From: Lepidodermella squamata | Lineage: Eukaryota > Animalia > Gastrotricha | DNA length: 64,000 bases | Direction of reading: 5' to 3' | NCBI GenBank assembly: GCA_047495785.1 | Contig: JBLDXI010000018.1 | Span: 186,001-250,000, forward strand | Part shown: one piece after another, positions 12,661 to 25,100 of the stretch | How the letters are laid out: every line of letters begins with the position of its first letter | Position numbering within the stretch: the first letter of the stretch is position 1 | Made by a program: the position numbers and the translations under genes | Notes under the pieces: model-generated | What the model was told of the DNA's origin: nothing | The model's input: the letters and a program-made list of their open reading frames with translations, nothing else | Database searches by the model: none

Positions 12661-13854
12661 TTAAACTTTAACCAGCCACTGCGGGCGCTTCTTGACGAAC
12701 TCTGGCTGCCCGAATTGCATACCAGTTAGTTCATTCACCGAGCGTTGCGACAAAAGCTGGGCACCATCTGGAGGCAGCACACTGTGGCGCTTTCCTTGAT
12801 ACATGAAGTCGGAGACCGGGCATACGATGCATGCAGTACCAGCGCCGAATACTTCGATTACTTGCTTGTCATGGACTAGCTGCAGCAATTCATCCAATGT
12901 GATTTCACGCTCAACAACGTTGACGTCTGGCCACGAACGAGCGAGATCGATAATTGAATCGCGCGTTACACCGGGCAGAATGAGACCAGAGCTCAGAGGC
13001 GGCGTAATGAGATCGTACGCTTTGCCTGATTTGCCTTTCGTCACGATAAAAATGTTCATAGTTCCGACTTCTGTAATGTAATGCTCCTTTCCAAAAAGCC
13101 AAAGCACCTGTTGGCAACCCTGGCTGGCTGCACGCTTCTGTAACGCCAACGTAGGGGCGTAGTTCGAGCCAATTTTCGCGTAACCCGTACCGCCAGGCCA
13201 TGCTCGTACCATCGAAGGGTCAACGAGCAGGGAAACTGGTTTGAAACCAGATGCGTAGTAAGGCCCAACAGGGCCACCAATGACACTGAATATAACTTCC
13301 GAGCTCGAGCCAATTCCAAGAGCTGCTTCAGTTGCAATCATGAATGGCCGAATATAGTACGTTGGCGATCGGTTCAAATCTTTCGGGTCACATGGAGGAA
13401 CCCAGTCAGATTCCTCCTTGATAAAACGTTTTACAGCGTTAACCCATTCATCCGTATCAAAAGTTGGCAAACAAATACGATCTACAGTTTTCAACATTCG
13501 TTTAGCATTCATGTCCGGGCGAAACAGACGAATGGCTCCATCAACACCTCGGTAGGCTTTCATACCTTCGAAACATTCCTGAGCATAATGCAACACTTTA
13601 GCTCCCGGATGAAGTTCAAAGTTCTTCAACTGCTTGATCTCAGGCGCCTCCCAACCATGGGCACTAGTCCATTTGGCGATCAACATGTGATCAGAAAATG
13701 TTTTGCCAAAAACAAGTTGTGAAACATTAGGCTTTGTCGATGGCTTCTTGGTGCGATGAATCTGGATGGCACTGCTTTTAAACGTGGATTCCTTCGCTTG
13801 GCATGACAGCCGGGTTCCGATAACACTCAACAGACGGTTTTTACATGAAAACAT
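12661..13854 (-). CDS. BCAT: Branched-chain amino acid aminotransferase, copy 2 (intronless, 397 aa)
   Basis: Same length and motifs as copy 1. The C-terminal ~140 aa are identical. Confidence 0.95.
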   Translation of the reverse strand: MFSCKNRLLSVIGTRLSCQAKESTFKSSAIQIHRTKKPSTKPNVSQLVFGKTFSDHMLIAKWTSAHGWEAPEIKQLKNFELHPGAKVLHYAQECFEGMKAYRGVDGAIRLFRPDMNAKRMLKTVDRICLPTFDTDEWVNAVKRFIKEESDWVPPCDPKDLNRSPTYYIRPFMIATEAALGIGSSSEVIFSVIGGPVGPYYASGFKPVSLLVDPSMVRAWPGGTGYAKIGSNYAPTLALQKRAASQGCQQVLWLFGKEHYITEVGTMNIFIVTKGKSGKAYDLITPPLSSGLILPGVTRDSIIDLARSWPDVNVVEREITLDELLQLVHDKQVIEVFGAGTACIVCPVSDFMYQGKRHSVLPPDGAQLLSQRSVNELTGMQFGQPEFVKKRPQWLVKV

Positions 13855-14767
13855 TGCAATATTACTGTGCTTACAAGAAGCTAATAAAATCAATGCAATT
13901 TAAATGAAAGGCCAGCTGGGCAAAATTAGGTCAAAGCTTAGAAGTCGTGATTACTCAGTGGCAAAAATGGGCGATTGCCGGATGAAAGCTGATTCAAAAG
14001 TGTTGAAACCTTAAGCTAAACAAATCACCAGGCGTTAAAAAGTTTCACTTGACATTTGGCATCATCAAGTCACCTGTACACACGAGAAACGATGGTGTGG
14101 CAACCGCTCACTGAACTTCAAACTTCAAAGAACTGCTGGCACGCGTTCGCAGAACGACCTGCGAAAGCTTGGTTGGAAACAGAAAAAAACATTTTCGTAA
14201 ATTTTGTATTTTTATGAGTTATAACATGCACGCAAACCTAAAGAACGAATTTTGTATTTTCTTCCCTTTATTATTGTCAATATTTAATGAAAAAGTGCGC
14301 GAACGAAACTGTGTGTGGCCAGTTTCCTTTCTCGGCTTGAGAGCTCTATCTTAACCTTCCTCAATAATGGTGGTTACTGTGGTCTCGGTAAAAAAAAACT
14401 TTGATGGCACAGAATGCCCCACGGCGATCCCATAATTAGGCTCTGAGCTTCAACGATTCAGCCACGAGGAGGTATTGGTGTCATTTTGGTGGAGATTGAT
14501 GATAGGTGATTTCCTAGCCTGCTTATTTCGGATGAAGTGCTCATTACACATTATTAATTTCATATTTCCTTACATTTATGGTTCAAGATCGGTGATAATA
14601 TCCCGATGTGTTTGTAATTAAATTGTCAGGTTTATGTTGCTTAGGTTTGTGTTGAGGCCGCGCTTCTCTCATATTTGAAGAACCACTCGCTATTATATGA
14701 CCTTGATTTCATGTCATTTCATAGACTCCTTTACTGCTACTTTGATCTTGCGTTTGAAGCCTCCGCC

Positions 14768-17700
14768 ATGTCGCAAGATTCGTTCGGAAGCTCAGATTTA
14801 TGCAAAACTCTGTTCAAAAATGCCGTCGATCTGAGTCAAAAACTTGCTGACGTCTATCGACAAACCAAAGTGTACACTGATGTCACCTCACCAACGGCAG
14901 TCATGTTGCGGGGCCAGCTGAAGGATCTGTGCCTTCGCATCATGCTTGAATCGCCGTGCGAATACGGATCACGGGCCGAAGATTTTGCTTGGCGTAAAGT
15001 TTTCTACGAACCCATTCAGCTGTTGAAAAAATTTCAGCGGCGTACTCAACTTCAGAATGATCCCGGTTTAGCCACTGCTGTCAAAATTCAAGTGCTTTCT
15101 GCAATGGGTTTTTACCAAAACTTGTTAATAGCCCTGCAATCGAGGTATGACAATCAGTAACCCTAGTAAGATGAATCAGAAATAATCTAATTTTGTCATA
15201 TAGGTACTCATTAGATTTGCGAAATGTCGTCGATATTCCGGTGGTTAGTCGTAACTTGTCTCATTTCACGGTTGTAGTCGATAAAGAAACGCGCGATGCC
15301 GCGAATGACCTTGTCTACCGCGCATTGGTCTGCCTTGGCAACCTAGCCCGTTATCAGTGTGACTACCTCGATGATTGGACTAAAACTCTCCCAACTCGTT
15401 ATTACCTTCAAGCTTTGCTGCTGAAACCAGATTGCGGCCTACCTCACAACCAGGTAAGCATACTATTATCTAATTCGATAATTTGTTTTCGAAAATGCAC
15501 GTAATATCTCATTACGTGAGACTGTATTTCTATAGAAGACCTCGAAGACGGATCGAGTTTACTATTATTATTCACTTTTTCTAGCTGGCACTTTTGGCTG
15601 GTTCGAGAATCGTCGAAGGCGCATACCATTGGCTGCTTTGTCTTTGCGCTAAGGAGCCATTTCTACCAGCAAAACGCAATTTATTTGATGTACTGGGCCG
15701 TGTCCACAAACGCGTTTCATCGATGCGGCGAACTCCGACTTCATCAATGAAAGCAATCTGTAGTCAGCTTATGGCAATCGTTTACCAATTTCTCGCGCTA
15801 TCCGACTCTCATCGCCAGGTATCGGATCAAAATATCGATAGCCTCAAATCACTTAGCGATTTTGCCTTGTCAAATTTTGGTCTCTACCTCAAAAAATGCG
15901 TTCATTGCCGCGGTCAGACGCCGATTCCACCTGATTTGATCTTCAAAGTTGTTGTCGCATTTCAAGCTATGCTGTATTTAATGGAGAAGCAGCATGAAAA
16001 GGCGGGTAAACAAAGCCCGGCGCTATTTGCGAGTGCTGTTTCGGTCACATTATCGCTTTTCGGCTCAGTGCTGCGATTTATGCGTGACCGCTTGTCGTTT
16101 CGCACCGGACTCGAGCAGTTTCAATCGATTAGCGAGTCGTTGAAACACGAAAAGCGCGAGAAATCAGCCAAGTCTGAATTGAAAAAACCGCGCCGGCGTA
16201 AAATCGCTGTTTGGAACGAATTTGAAAGCGACGATAACGACGATGATGAGTTGATTCACGCAATTCGCGAGGAGGACGAAGATCGTGAGAACATTTCAGG
16301 CGGCGAAGATGAAAACCACGGCGATGATGATTTCTCGCTTTCATCAGCTGATTCTAGTGTAGGTGGTTACGAAAGTTCGGGCGAGGAGAAGAACAATGCG
16401 GTTGAGAAGGATGTCGCTGATAGCAAATTATCACCTTTTGACGCGATTTGCGAGGAAACCTGGTCGCCGGCGTTGAAAATTCTAGCGGATTGGCTCGCCT
16501 CCAATCGGCATATTTTGAACGGGCGACCAAGTGACGACAATTTGTGGCAGGTAAATGATTATTCTACTATTCAGATTTTTTTCAATTAAAAACAATTTGA
16601 AAACAGTTGCTCAAGTTAAAAAAATTTCATTTTAATAATGCAAATTAAATGTATACTGAATGATTTCAATTGTAGAACTATTGCGACGTGGTCAATATTT
16701 TGGTACCAGCTCAGCCTCAACTGCAGTGGCTCAATTTGCGGCCTGAAATCACTCGCCACATCGAAAACAGCGTGAAAAACGCCGAAAAGTGGTCTCAACA
16801 CTTCGTCCTCACCGAAGATCGAGCGATCGGTCGATTCCCAGCTCTGGCGAAAGCGCACTCCGGCATTGAAATGTCCCCACAGCGGGGCCTGAATCGTATT
16901 CTGTCATTCCCAGAAGCGATCTCGTTGAGACTAGCAGTTGTTTTCCATCACTCGCGCAGTTTCTGCTCTGAATTTCTCGACTATTTACCAGCGACTGGGC
17001 GGTATTTCGTGAGAAATCGACTAGCTGAGCAGCAGCCGAGCAATAACGAGCCGAAATTCGTGGAGCCCGATGAAAATGCGGATGGCTTTGAGCCGCAAGA
17101 TCCATCTCCGTTTTTCACGAAAACCGAACAACGACAGCAGCAGATGCGGGCGATGGCTGAATTGTGGCTGAAATCTGAAATTTCCCGGCTAGAAAAGCCG
17201 AGCTCGCCGTCAAATAATCCAGCAGGCAGCGGCAGTGCGCAGTTGCCGATTTACGCTTGCCTAGTGGGCGATGTGTTTTTGTCGCTGAGTGGGGTCAATC
17301 ACGTGAGGAAGCTGTTGCAATCGCAGCGGCTGATTGTTGCGTTGCCACACGCCATCATTTCGCAGCTGGACGCAGAGAAGACGCGTAATGAAAGCTCCCG
17401 CGAAGCATCTCGCCTGCTCGAAAACGAACTTCGCAAAGTAAGATTAAGAATTTGAATTTTGCTGTTGTGTATGGAAAATTCGAAAAGAAATTGGCTAGGG
17501 CATCAGGACTTGAGAAACAAAATTAAGAACGATTGCTTGTCGTGGCTCACGATTTGGAATTTTTTTATTTATTTCAATTTTAAACTAGGGCATTTTTACT
17601 GATTTCGAAAGCCGCGATAGGTTTCAAGGAAACATACAGACGAATTTTATGAGGACAAAAAGCTGAGATGAATTTTTTCCCACTAAAACAGGGACAATAA

Positions 17701-18179
17701 GTTTTGCCCGCTTTTGGCTCGGCAACGTCGATTTAGAGTTGCGAGTTCTAAAAATTTGAAAGATGACTAGTGTTGATATCCAAAAGTTGAACTAAATAAA
17801 TGTTTTTCCAGATTTCGAATTTTCATTCTGTTTTCATTTCCCCCATTTTCAGGGCACTCCCTATCTTCGAATCTATAACCAATCAAGCCAAGTAGCAAAA
17901 TTATCGAATAGCACAGATTATTTCGGCGAGTATCGCACTCTGCCAGCCGTGTTCGCCATGGTTCGGCAGCTGTTGTCCGAAAACGTGCAAGCTCCTCAGA
18001 TTTCTCGTTGCCTCGTCGCCATCGTCTCTTCGAGCGCGTTGAACGAACTGCCTCAAGACGTCGAACGCTATGTTCAAGACGAAACGAAACGCCTGCCGGG
18101 TCAAGGCTCTTGCGTCGCGTTCAAATCGATGCGCCAGTTGCTGGCGGATGTTCAAGCAGCGACGCAGCTTGTCGTTTAA
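14768..18179 (+). CDS. SMG5: SMG5/EST1B-like nonsense-mediated decay factor (~893 aa)
   Basis: Exons 14768-15144, 15204-15453, 15585-16550, 16676-17437, 17853-18179. EST1/14-3-3-like motifs (WRKVFYEPIQ, CLGNLARY, GLPHNQL), an acidic insert, QMRAMAELWLKSEISRLE and a degenerate C-terminal PIN domain. Confidence 0.85.
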
Positions 18180-18450
18180 GTGACTGAATCTGATTTGACA
18201 CGGAAAACTCGTTTTTTTGGACTATAAAATTATTTTCCTCCGAAGGCTTTCATTCTATAGGTCACGATAAAAAATAAAAATTCACAAATTTTATCACTCC
18301 TTTGAAACTTCTGCTTAGAGACTTCTCTGAAATATTTTCAATTTATTTTTAAATAATTCATACATAAGGATTTTTCTTTCGATTTTTTTTATAATAGCTT
18401 CTTAATTTACATATTTTTTCAAAAATATAGATTTACCATATTATAATTTG

Positions 18451-21088
18451 ATGACACTATCTCGCGGCAAAGCCAAGGTATCGCTGCCTCCCGACACGAA
18501 TATATGCGCCGATTGCTCGAAAGCGGACCCTGGCTGGGCGTCGCTCAGCCGCGGCGTGCTCATTTGCGACGACTGCTGCATCGGCCATCGACGACTAGGC
18601 CGGCATGTCTCGTTTGTCCGCAGCCTGAAACAACCCGGCTGCCCACAGCCACTTCTTACCATGCTACACCAGGTTCGTAAAATAATCTTTAAAATTCGAA
18701 TTTCTTATATTGTCATTTTTAGCTCGTAAATAATGGCGCAAATGCGATTTGGGAACACCAGTTGCTCGACCCGTCGACTCTGCAACGGTCTCTAGTCAAG
18801 CGGAAACCAACGCCCTCGGACCCGATCTACCCGAACAAGGAGAATTTCGTGAAAGCAAAATACCAAGACCTGCTATTCGCAATCCGCCCATCGCCCGGCT
18901 CGACCGTCGACGATCTGAGCCACCAGTTGTACTCATCCGTGCGGACGAATAACGTCGAAACGAGTCTTCGCCTGCTGGCAATGGGCGCCGATGCGAACTA
19001 CCGCCACCCAGATCGGGCCAATCAACCGATCCACGTCGCAGCCGCGACCGGGCAGCCTCTTCAAGTCGAGCTGCTAGTCGTCTATGGCGCCGATCCGTTG
19101 TCTCTTGACGCTGAGGGTAGGTCCCCGGCAGATTGCGCGAGGCAGGAGGGGTTCGAAGAGCTCGCCCAGCGACTCAATGAGCTGACCTACGAACTGACAG
19201 ATCGCATGATTTGCTACCTGACGGGTCGTCGGCCGGACCACCGGTCGCTGAAATCGATGGGCGATTTGCGGTCGCTGCACATTCTAGTCCCAGAAATGGC
19301 GCATATCGCCGGGCAGAACAGCGATAACGTGCAGCTGGGCAGGTCGAGACTAGCGACGCTGGGCGATAAATTGATCGCGGATCTCGCTCAGGACTGCTAC
19401 GACGAGGTCGACCGGCGCGAGACTGATCAAACGTGGCAGCAGCAGTCGAAATTGCTGGCGAATCAGGGCGCCGTCCCGTTTCTACCGCCTAACATCAACT
19501 TATCAGCGACTCGCAATCAAAGCCGGCAAAAGCTAGGCCTGTTATCCGAGCGAGATTTTCGGACCCTCCTAGTCGAATTACTGCGGGAGATTCGAAAACG
19601 GGTGCGCGTTGCGGAGAATGGCGGAAATGCGGCGTTGGTTGAAGAGTTGGACCTGGGCGGGCATCAACGCGGGTCTTGCCCGACCAGCCCGCGGCCTATC
19701 CGAAGTCCGACCCCGAAAATTTCAACCTCCCCGCCACCGCTGCCTCAGAACCAGCCAGTTTCTAACGGAAACTCATCGCCTGGTCTCAATGACGTGATGT
19801 CGCGACTTGAGGCGATAACCGCCCGCTTAGATCGAATCGAGCGGCATCTGGGTCTTGATGGGTCGAGTAATAATAATAATAATAATGTGCCGATGTCGCC
19901 GTCGAAGCGGAACAAGAAGCCGCAGAATGGCCACAGCAACGGCGGGGCGAATACGAATGAGCTGCAGAGTATGATATTTTCGAGGACCAGCGAAGTCACG
20001 CGCATTGTTGCCGATCTGTGCTCGGCGGTTTCGACGTCGAAAAGTAACCAGCGCATCGGTTAGTTGAGTAATAATTGAAGAAAATGAACTTGTGACATTT
20101 TTCGGTGGTTGTGATCGAGCGATGGAAATTGTAGATGATGTAATCTCCATGGGCTCTTTTCCCAATTTTAAAATAAAATCAGAAACCAAACGATCATTTC
20201 TTCCTTTTTCGTGATTAGTATATACGGGCGAAGAATACATTTTTAATAGTAATTTCTGCATTTTTTGCAGTTCGGAAGATTTGTTTGAAAAATTTCTCTG
20301 ACTTATGGGTTTTGATGATAAAGTTCCTAATAAGATTTTGCTGTCGGTAGACACTTTTTATCATTTTGTTCACATTAAATCAGCTCGAAAATGAAGTTAA
20401 TCTCAAATTGGTAAGAAACCAGCGCTTTCGTAGTTTAATATAACTCTCGAGTGATCTTTTTCTCGGAAAAAAACCGCTTAATTTTCATTGATACTAACGA
20501 GCTTTAGGAGATTCGGCACGAATCTAAAAAAACCTCGAAATATGTACCTAATTAGATTTGCTTTACTGATGAAAAATATTCTTAAAAAAACGCAATAAAT
20601 TTCTCATTAACAGCTGATTAATGACCGCAATACAAAATGATTTGATAGAAATCATTATTAATTGCCGAATTTTTTTCTATGAGCATCGGGAAATAAGCTT
20701 CGTTAGTTGTTACTTATATTATTCGACTTTCATTTTTATTATTAAATTGGAAATCGTTTTGTTTATTTATTCAGAGCCGAATCCTTCTGACCCCACCCTC
20801 GCGATTGCAGCGTCACTGTGGACAGCCGTGTGCGGCCTCTGCGACATGTTCGACCAGCCTGGAGCGCAAACTGTTCTGAGCGATGACGAAAAATCAGCCA
20901 ATCTCTTGCGTGGCCTCGCCGATCTGCGCGAATCAGCCTCAGTTGTGCTGACCGAAGCACGCGCCTTCGCGCTATCGGACGACGTCGAACCACCGGCGGA
21001 CAGCCTATCGCGAGCCTGCTTCTCAGTGGCCCAGTCGACGCGATTCGTACTAGCTGCCTCGCGACAAGTCTTCGCGCAAACTGCTTAG
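18451..21088 (+). CDS. GIT: GIT-family ARF GTPase-activating protein (~623 aa)
   Basis: Exons 18451-18672, 18723-20058, 20775-21088. ArfGAP zinc finger CADC...CDDC...HRRLGRHVS, ankyrin repeats, Spa2-homology repeats (DCYDEVDRRE, SATRNQSRQKLG) and a C-terminal paxillin-binding-like helical domain. Confidence 0.92.
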
Positions 21089-22193
21089 GAAAACCTTGAA
21101 ATTATTTAATACCAGAGGACAAAATTTAGCGAAAAATGTAATTTTATAGATATTCAAATTTCAAAATTTTTAATTAAAAAAATTGGAATTTGCATTTTTC
21201 TGGAAACAGTTTGTTAGATTTTTTCAAGTTTGTTCTTAATTTAATCGATTTTTCGCTAATTTTTGCCTCCTATTCTTGTTTTTTCATCTCCTGAAATTTG
21301 GATTTCATCTTCGTCATTTTTATTTGCTTTCTCCGCACTGCTCGAAACGGCGTAAAAACTGGAATTCTAGTGACACCTCTTCTCTTGTATAAAGGCTATC
21401 ATTATTAGCGGAAATTTATGCAACTCGCAGCGAGTGATCTATTATTCGAAATTATTATTATTATTCTAAAATATGACAATAATATTGCAATTTCTAGTGA
21501 TATTTATTTAATTTTATAGCTTCCGACCCACTTTTCGTAGACCAAAAAACTCGTTTTTACATATGCACGATTATTTATCATAGAACCATGCTGATTTTTT
21601 TTGAGTTACCTATTTCACTCCGGTTTCGTTGATTCATCGATAGAAGCAGCCATCTTCACAGAAAAATGATATCATTATACACTGCTTATATGAATATTTA
21701 GCTGCATGAATTTTGCTACCATTTATGCATTATATTGATGTGATATAGAAATGTTCGTAAATTGCCTAATTATATGTTATCGCCTGATTGGTGTGGCTTT
21801 AGCCTATTTATCCTCCATTATTCCATTGTGAGAAAGAACGCCCAATTTTTACGAAAAGTTTTCCGCCTGAATCACGACGTGACATATCGCAATATTGAGT
21901 CTGGAAAATGTGTACCACCAACATACCTATACCTGTTTTCTCTAATGTCCTTATCTCGTGGTGGTGCTTTTCTCGTTTGTTTCTTCAATATTCTCAATTC
22001 TAGTTACTATTCGATAGCGGTATGCGTTCCGGTATTTATTAATCGAAGCTGGTAGTCTTATCGCATATTAAAATTACGATTGTTTTGCTACGCTCACGCA
22101 CTTGTACGTTGTAATAAATTCGCCCCTGCCTCTTCGCTAAAATAATTGAATTTTTGTCATTTTTAGTGTTTAATTTTTGTTGCCTTATCCGAA

Positions 22194-25100
22194 ATGGAAG
22201 CATGGCCCTCGAAATCTGAGGTAAACAGCGTTTTTCTCTGATTGAAATGCGATAGAATTGAACATTTTTACAATTTAAAGGGCGATGATTCACCTGAAAT
22301 TCGAACGGCTCGTATTGAATCTAACGGATCAGTAATCTATGTCGTGGTTCAAGAAAATTCGAACGTGCCCTCTCCGTATTTCAAAAATCCATTCGCTGAA
22401 GACGATGACGATGAAGTTGTTGAAGAAATTGCTGTGAATGGGCGAGAAATCGAAATTGATACTGAAAACCGGATAGAATATTTGCCTGCTGCTTCATCTC
22501 AAATGAGCGACGAAGGAGAGGAAGCTGATCAGAATCAAGAATACGACAGTGAATCGCAAAACGAAGAATCTGAGGTAAGATTGATAAGCACTTGTCGTTA
22601 TTTCTATGAATTTGCAGTGCATGATTATAGCGTAAGTTCGATTTTTTAAGAATTTAGACGACTTAGCTTTACGGTTATTTTACTAATTGCTTGCTAAAAA
22701 TGCAAAATTCCGGATTTTTGGGAATATTTGGACGCGATCTAGTTGACAAAGTTCCGCATTGAGTTGCGAATTGGCAGGCTTTATCCAGACGGACCCCATG
22801 AATGGAGGACTGTCATCTAGACTAGAAAATATGAAACTTGATACTTCAAAGATTGACCATGCCAAGGTGCCACCTACTTCTGAGCCTCAGGGAAAATAAT
22901 TAAATTATTAAAAATGTCCAGTAGTATTAATCGTCGATATATCGAGAAATGAGTATAATTTTGAATCTTTTCTTATCATTTAGACTTATAATTCAGCCGA
23001 ATCGAACCAAATCGATGCAGAAGGGGAGGGAATGGATGGAGAAAGTAACGAGGAGGAAATGGCCGCTGAAACCGACGATGAGGACGAGGAACACGAATCG
23101 GACTCCTCTTCTCAAGCGGCTGAGAGTGGAAACAATAACGATCAAATGGATATCGAAAATCAGGTTTGCTCTTAATTTTTCGCAGCATAATCTTTGTTTT
23201 TCTGCAAATTTTCACTTGGGGTCATAACAGAAATTGTCATTTTCCTCTAGAATCTTGTACAAGCAATCGAACCAAGTCAGATCGAGCCGAGCCAAATCGA
23301 CCCTAACGACTCGTTGGCGCCGTTGATCGTCAAACCAGAACGCGAAGAAATCGTCTTCTCAACCTCTGAACCTATCGTAAATTTGCTATCCCTACCGCCA
23401 GTATCGGCAAATGAAAGCGAAGAAGCTCCTACCCCGTCCTCTGATTCATCATCAGAGATTCATGAGGAAGTTGTCGTAAAGGCTGAGCCTGATGAAGGCT
23501 GCCATCACACGTGCAATGTTCGACAAGTTTTCGACTACGAAACACCGTCTTCCTCCTCCGCGATTTCAGCTGCTCACATTCTAATCGATGACGACGATTT
23601 GCCGCCTCTTTCGCCATCGGACCCGATTTTCATCTCGAGCCAGGCCTCAAATCTACCGCAAGAAAGTGAATCTTCGGATGACGATGAGTCTCATGACATG
23701 ATTCAACGGGTCGAATCTCCGCCTGGTCGTATCGAAGATGAAAACTACTTCATTTCATCAGGCGAGGTTGTTACAATGCGAAAGGCGGATTTACCCCGAA
23801 AATTCGCTTCACTACCACCTGCGGAATTCGACGTAGGCTCTGGCATTTTGATGGTTGGCATGGATCGGATGAATATTGCCGAGTGTTTGCCTGCGTTTTC
23901 AACGACCCCTTACAACGAATTGCCGACTTTTGTTGTTGGAGAGGGGAATCAGTTGATGGGCTACGTGTTGCCAGTCAGCCGGGACGAGGATGAAGAAAGT
24001 GAAGATGAAACTCCGCCGCCGCCTCAACTGCAGCGTGATAGCTCGGTGATAATGATCGATTCTCGAACGAGTTCAGCCGAACCTGCTGAAAACCAGTCTC
24101 GAAAGCGCCGCCGTCTCGGCCCGGCCATCTATCATCGATTTCAGCGGAAAAAGGCGAAGTTGTTGGAGAGGATTGAGATGAAGCAGAAACTGAACGCGGT
24201 TGCTGCCGATTCGCCGGAGTGTGGCGAAGTTCCAACCGAGACGCCCTGTCCCACGGTGATTCCTGCAAGCAAACAGGATTCCACGAGCCTGCCGAATAAA
24301 TTAATATGTAAGCACTTATTCAAGAATAACTTCAAAAAGTTCAAAAGCTCCAAATTTAAAATAATAATACTCCTATTTTAAGGTGGCGCACAACGCATAC
24401 ACTGAAGTATAAGTGAGTACCAATCAGATGAAAGGACCCATTTAGAAGAGAGGGTTTGAAGTAATTGAAGTGATGATCGAAATGGTAAAGAGGGTCTAAT
24501 ACTTTTGATGCCACCAGGCGGTCAAAATTACCTGCTCAATTGATTCCTTTTAGTCTAGTTTGCTTGCAATTTGAGCGAAACTCTAAGAAAAGAGGCCCGA
24601 CTGAAAATCCTCTCATTCGAAGATTATTAGTGACATGTCATGTGATGCCCATGGAGAATATAGTTATCCGTGGTACCTTGTCAATTTTGACCGGAGCCTT
24701 GGAGGTGCTTAAAGGGATAGGAAATTGCCTAGCGGACCACCTGCATTCGCTTCACTTCCTCGTCACCCACTTTGACGGGATGTATAAATGACATCCGAGC
24801 GAAAACCGCAACATCGGTTTCCTACAATGGCCAGCTTTATTGCCGTCAAGCCCATACATGTGCCGCAGCGATGTTCTAGAAGCTTGTCATTACTCGAGCA
24901 CAACACCTTTTGCGTTTCGATACCGCTGAAAAACGGCGCAGTCACGAAACGTCGCATGCGTCCTTGCTGATCTATTCATGAATTCATGATGATGATCATC
25001 TTAATTGAAGTAAATTACAGTCCGCAAGAACTTCCGCACAGTTACCGACTGTCGCTTTGCGCATTTCGCGTTCGAGCTGAGTGATGAGTGCAATGTAACG

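Noticed and set aside
9754-13854. Bacterial origin of the intronless BCATs
   Set aside because: The CXXC motif, presequence-like N-terminus and overall sequence are animal-type, and other host genes here are also intron-poor.
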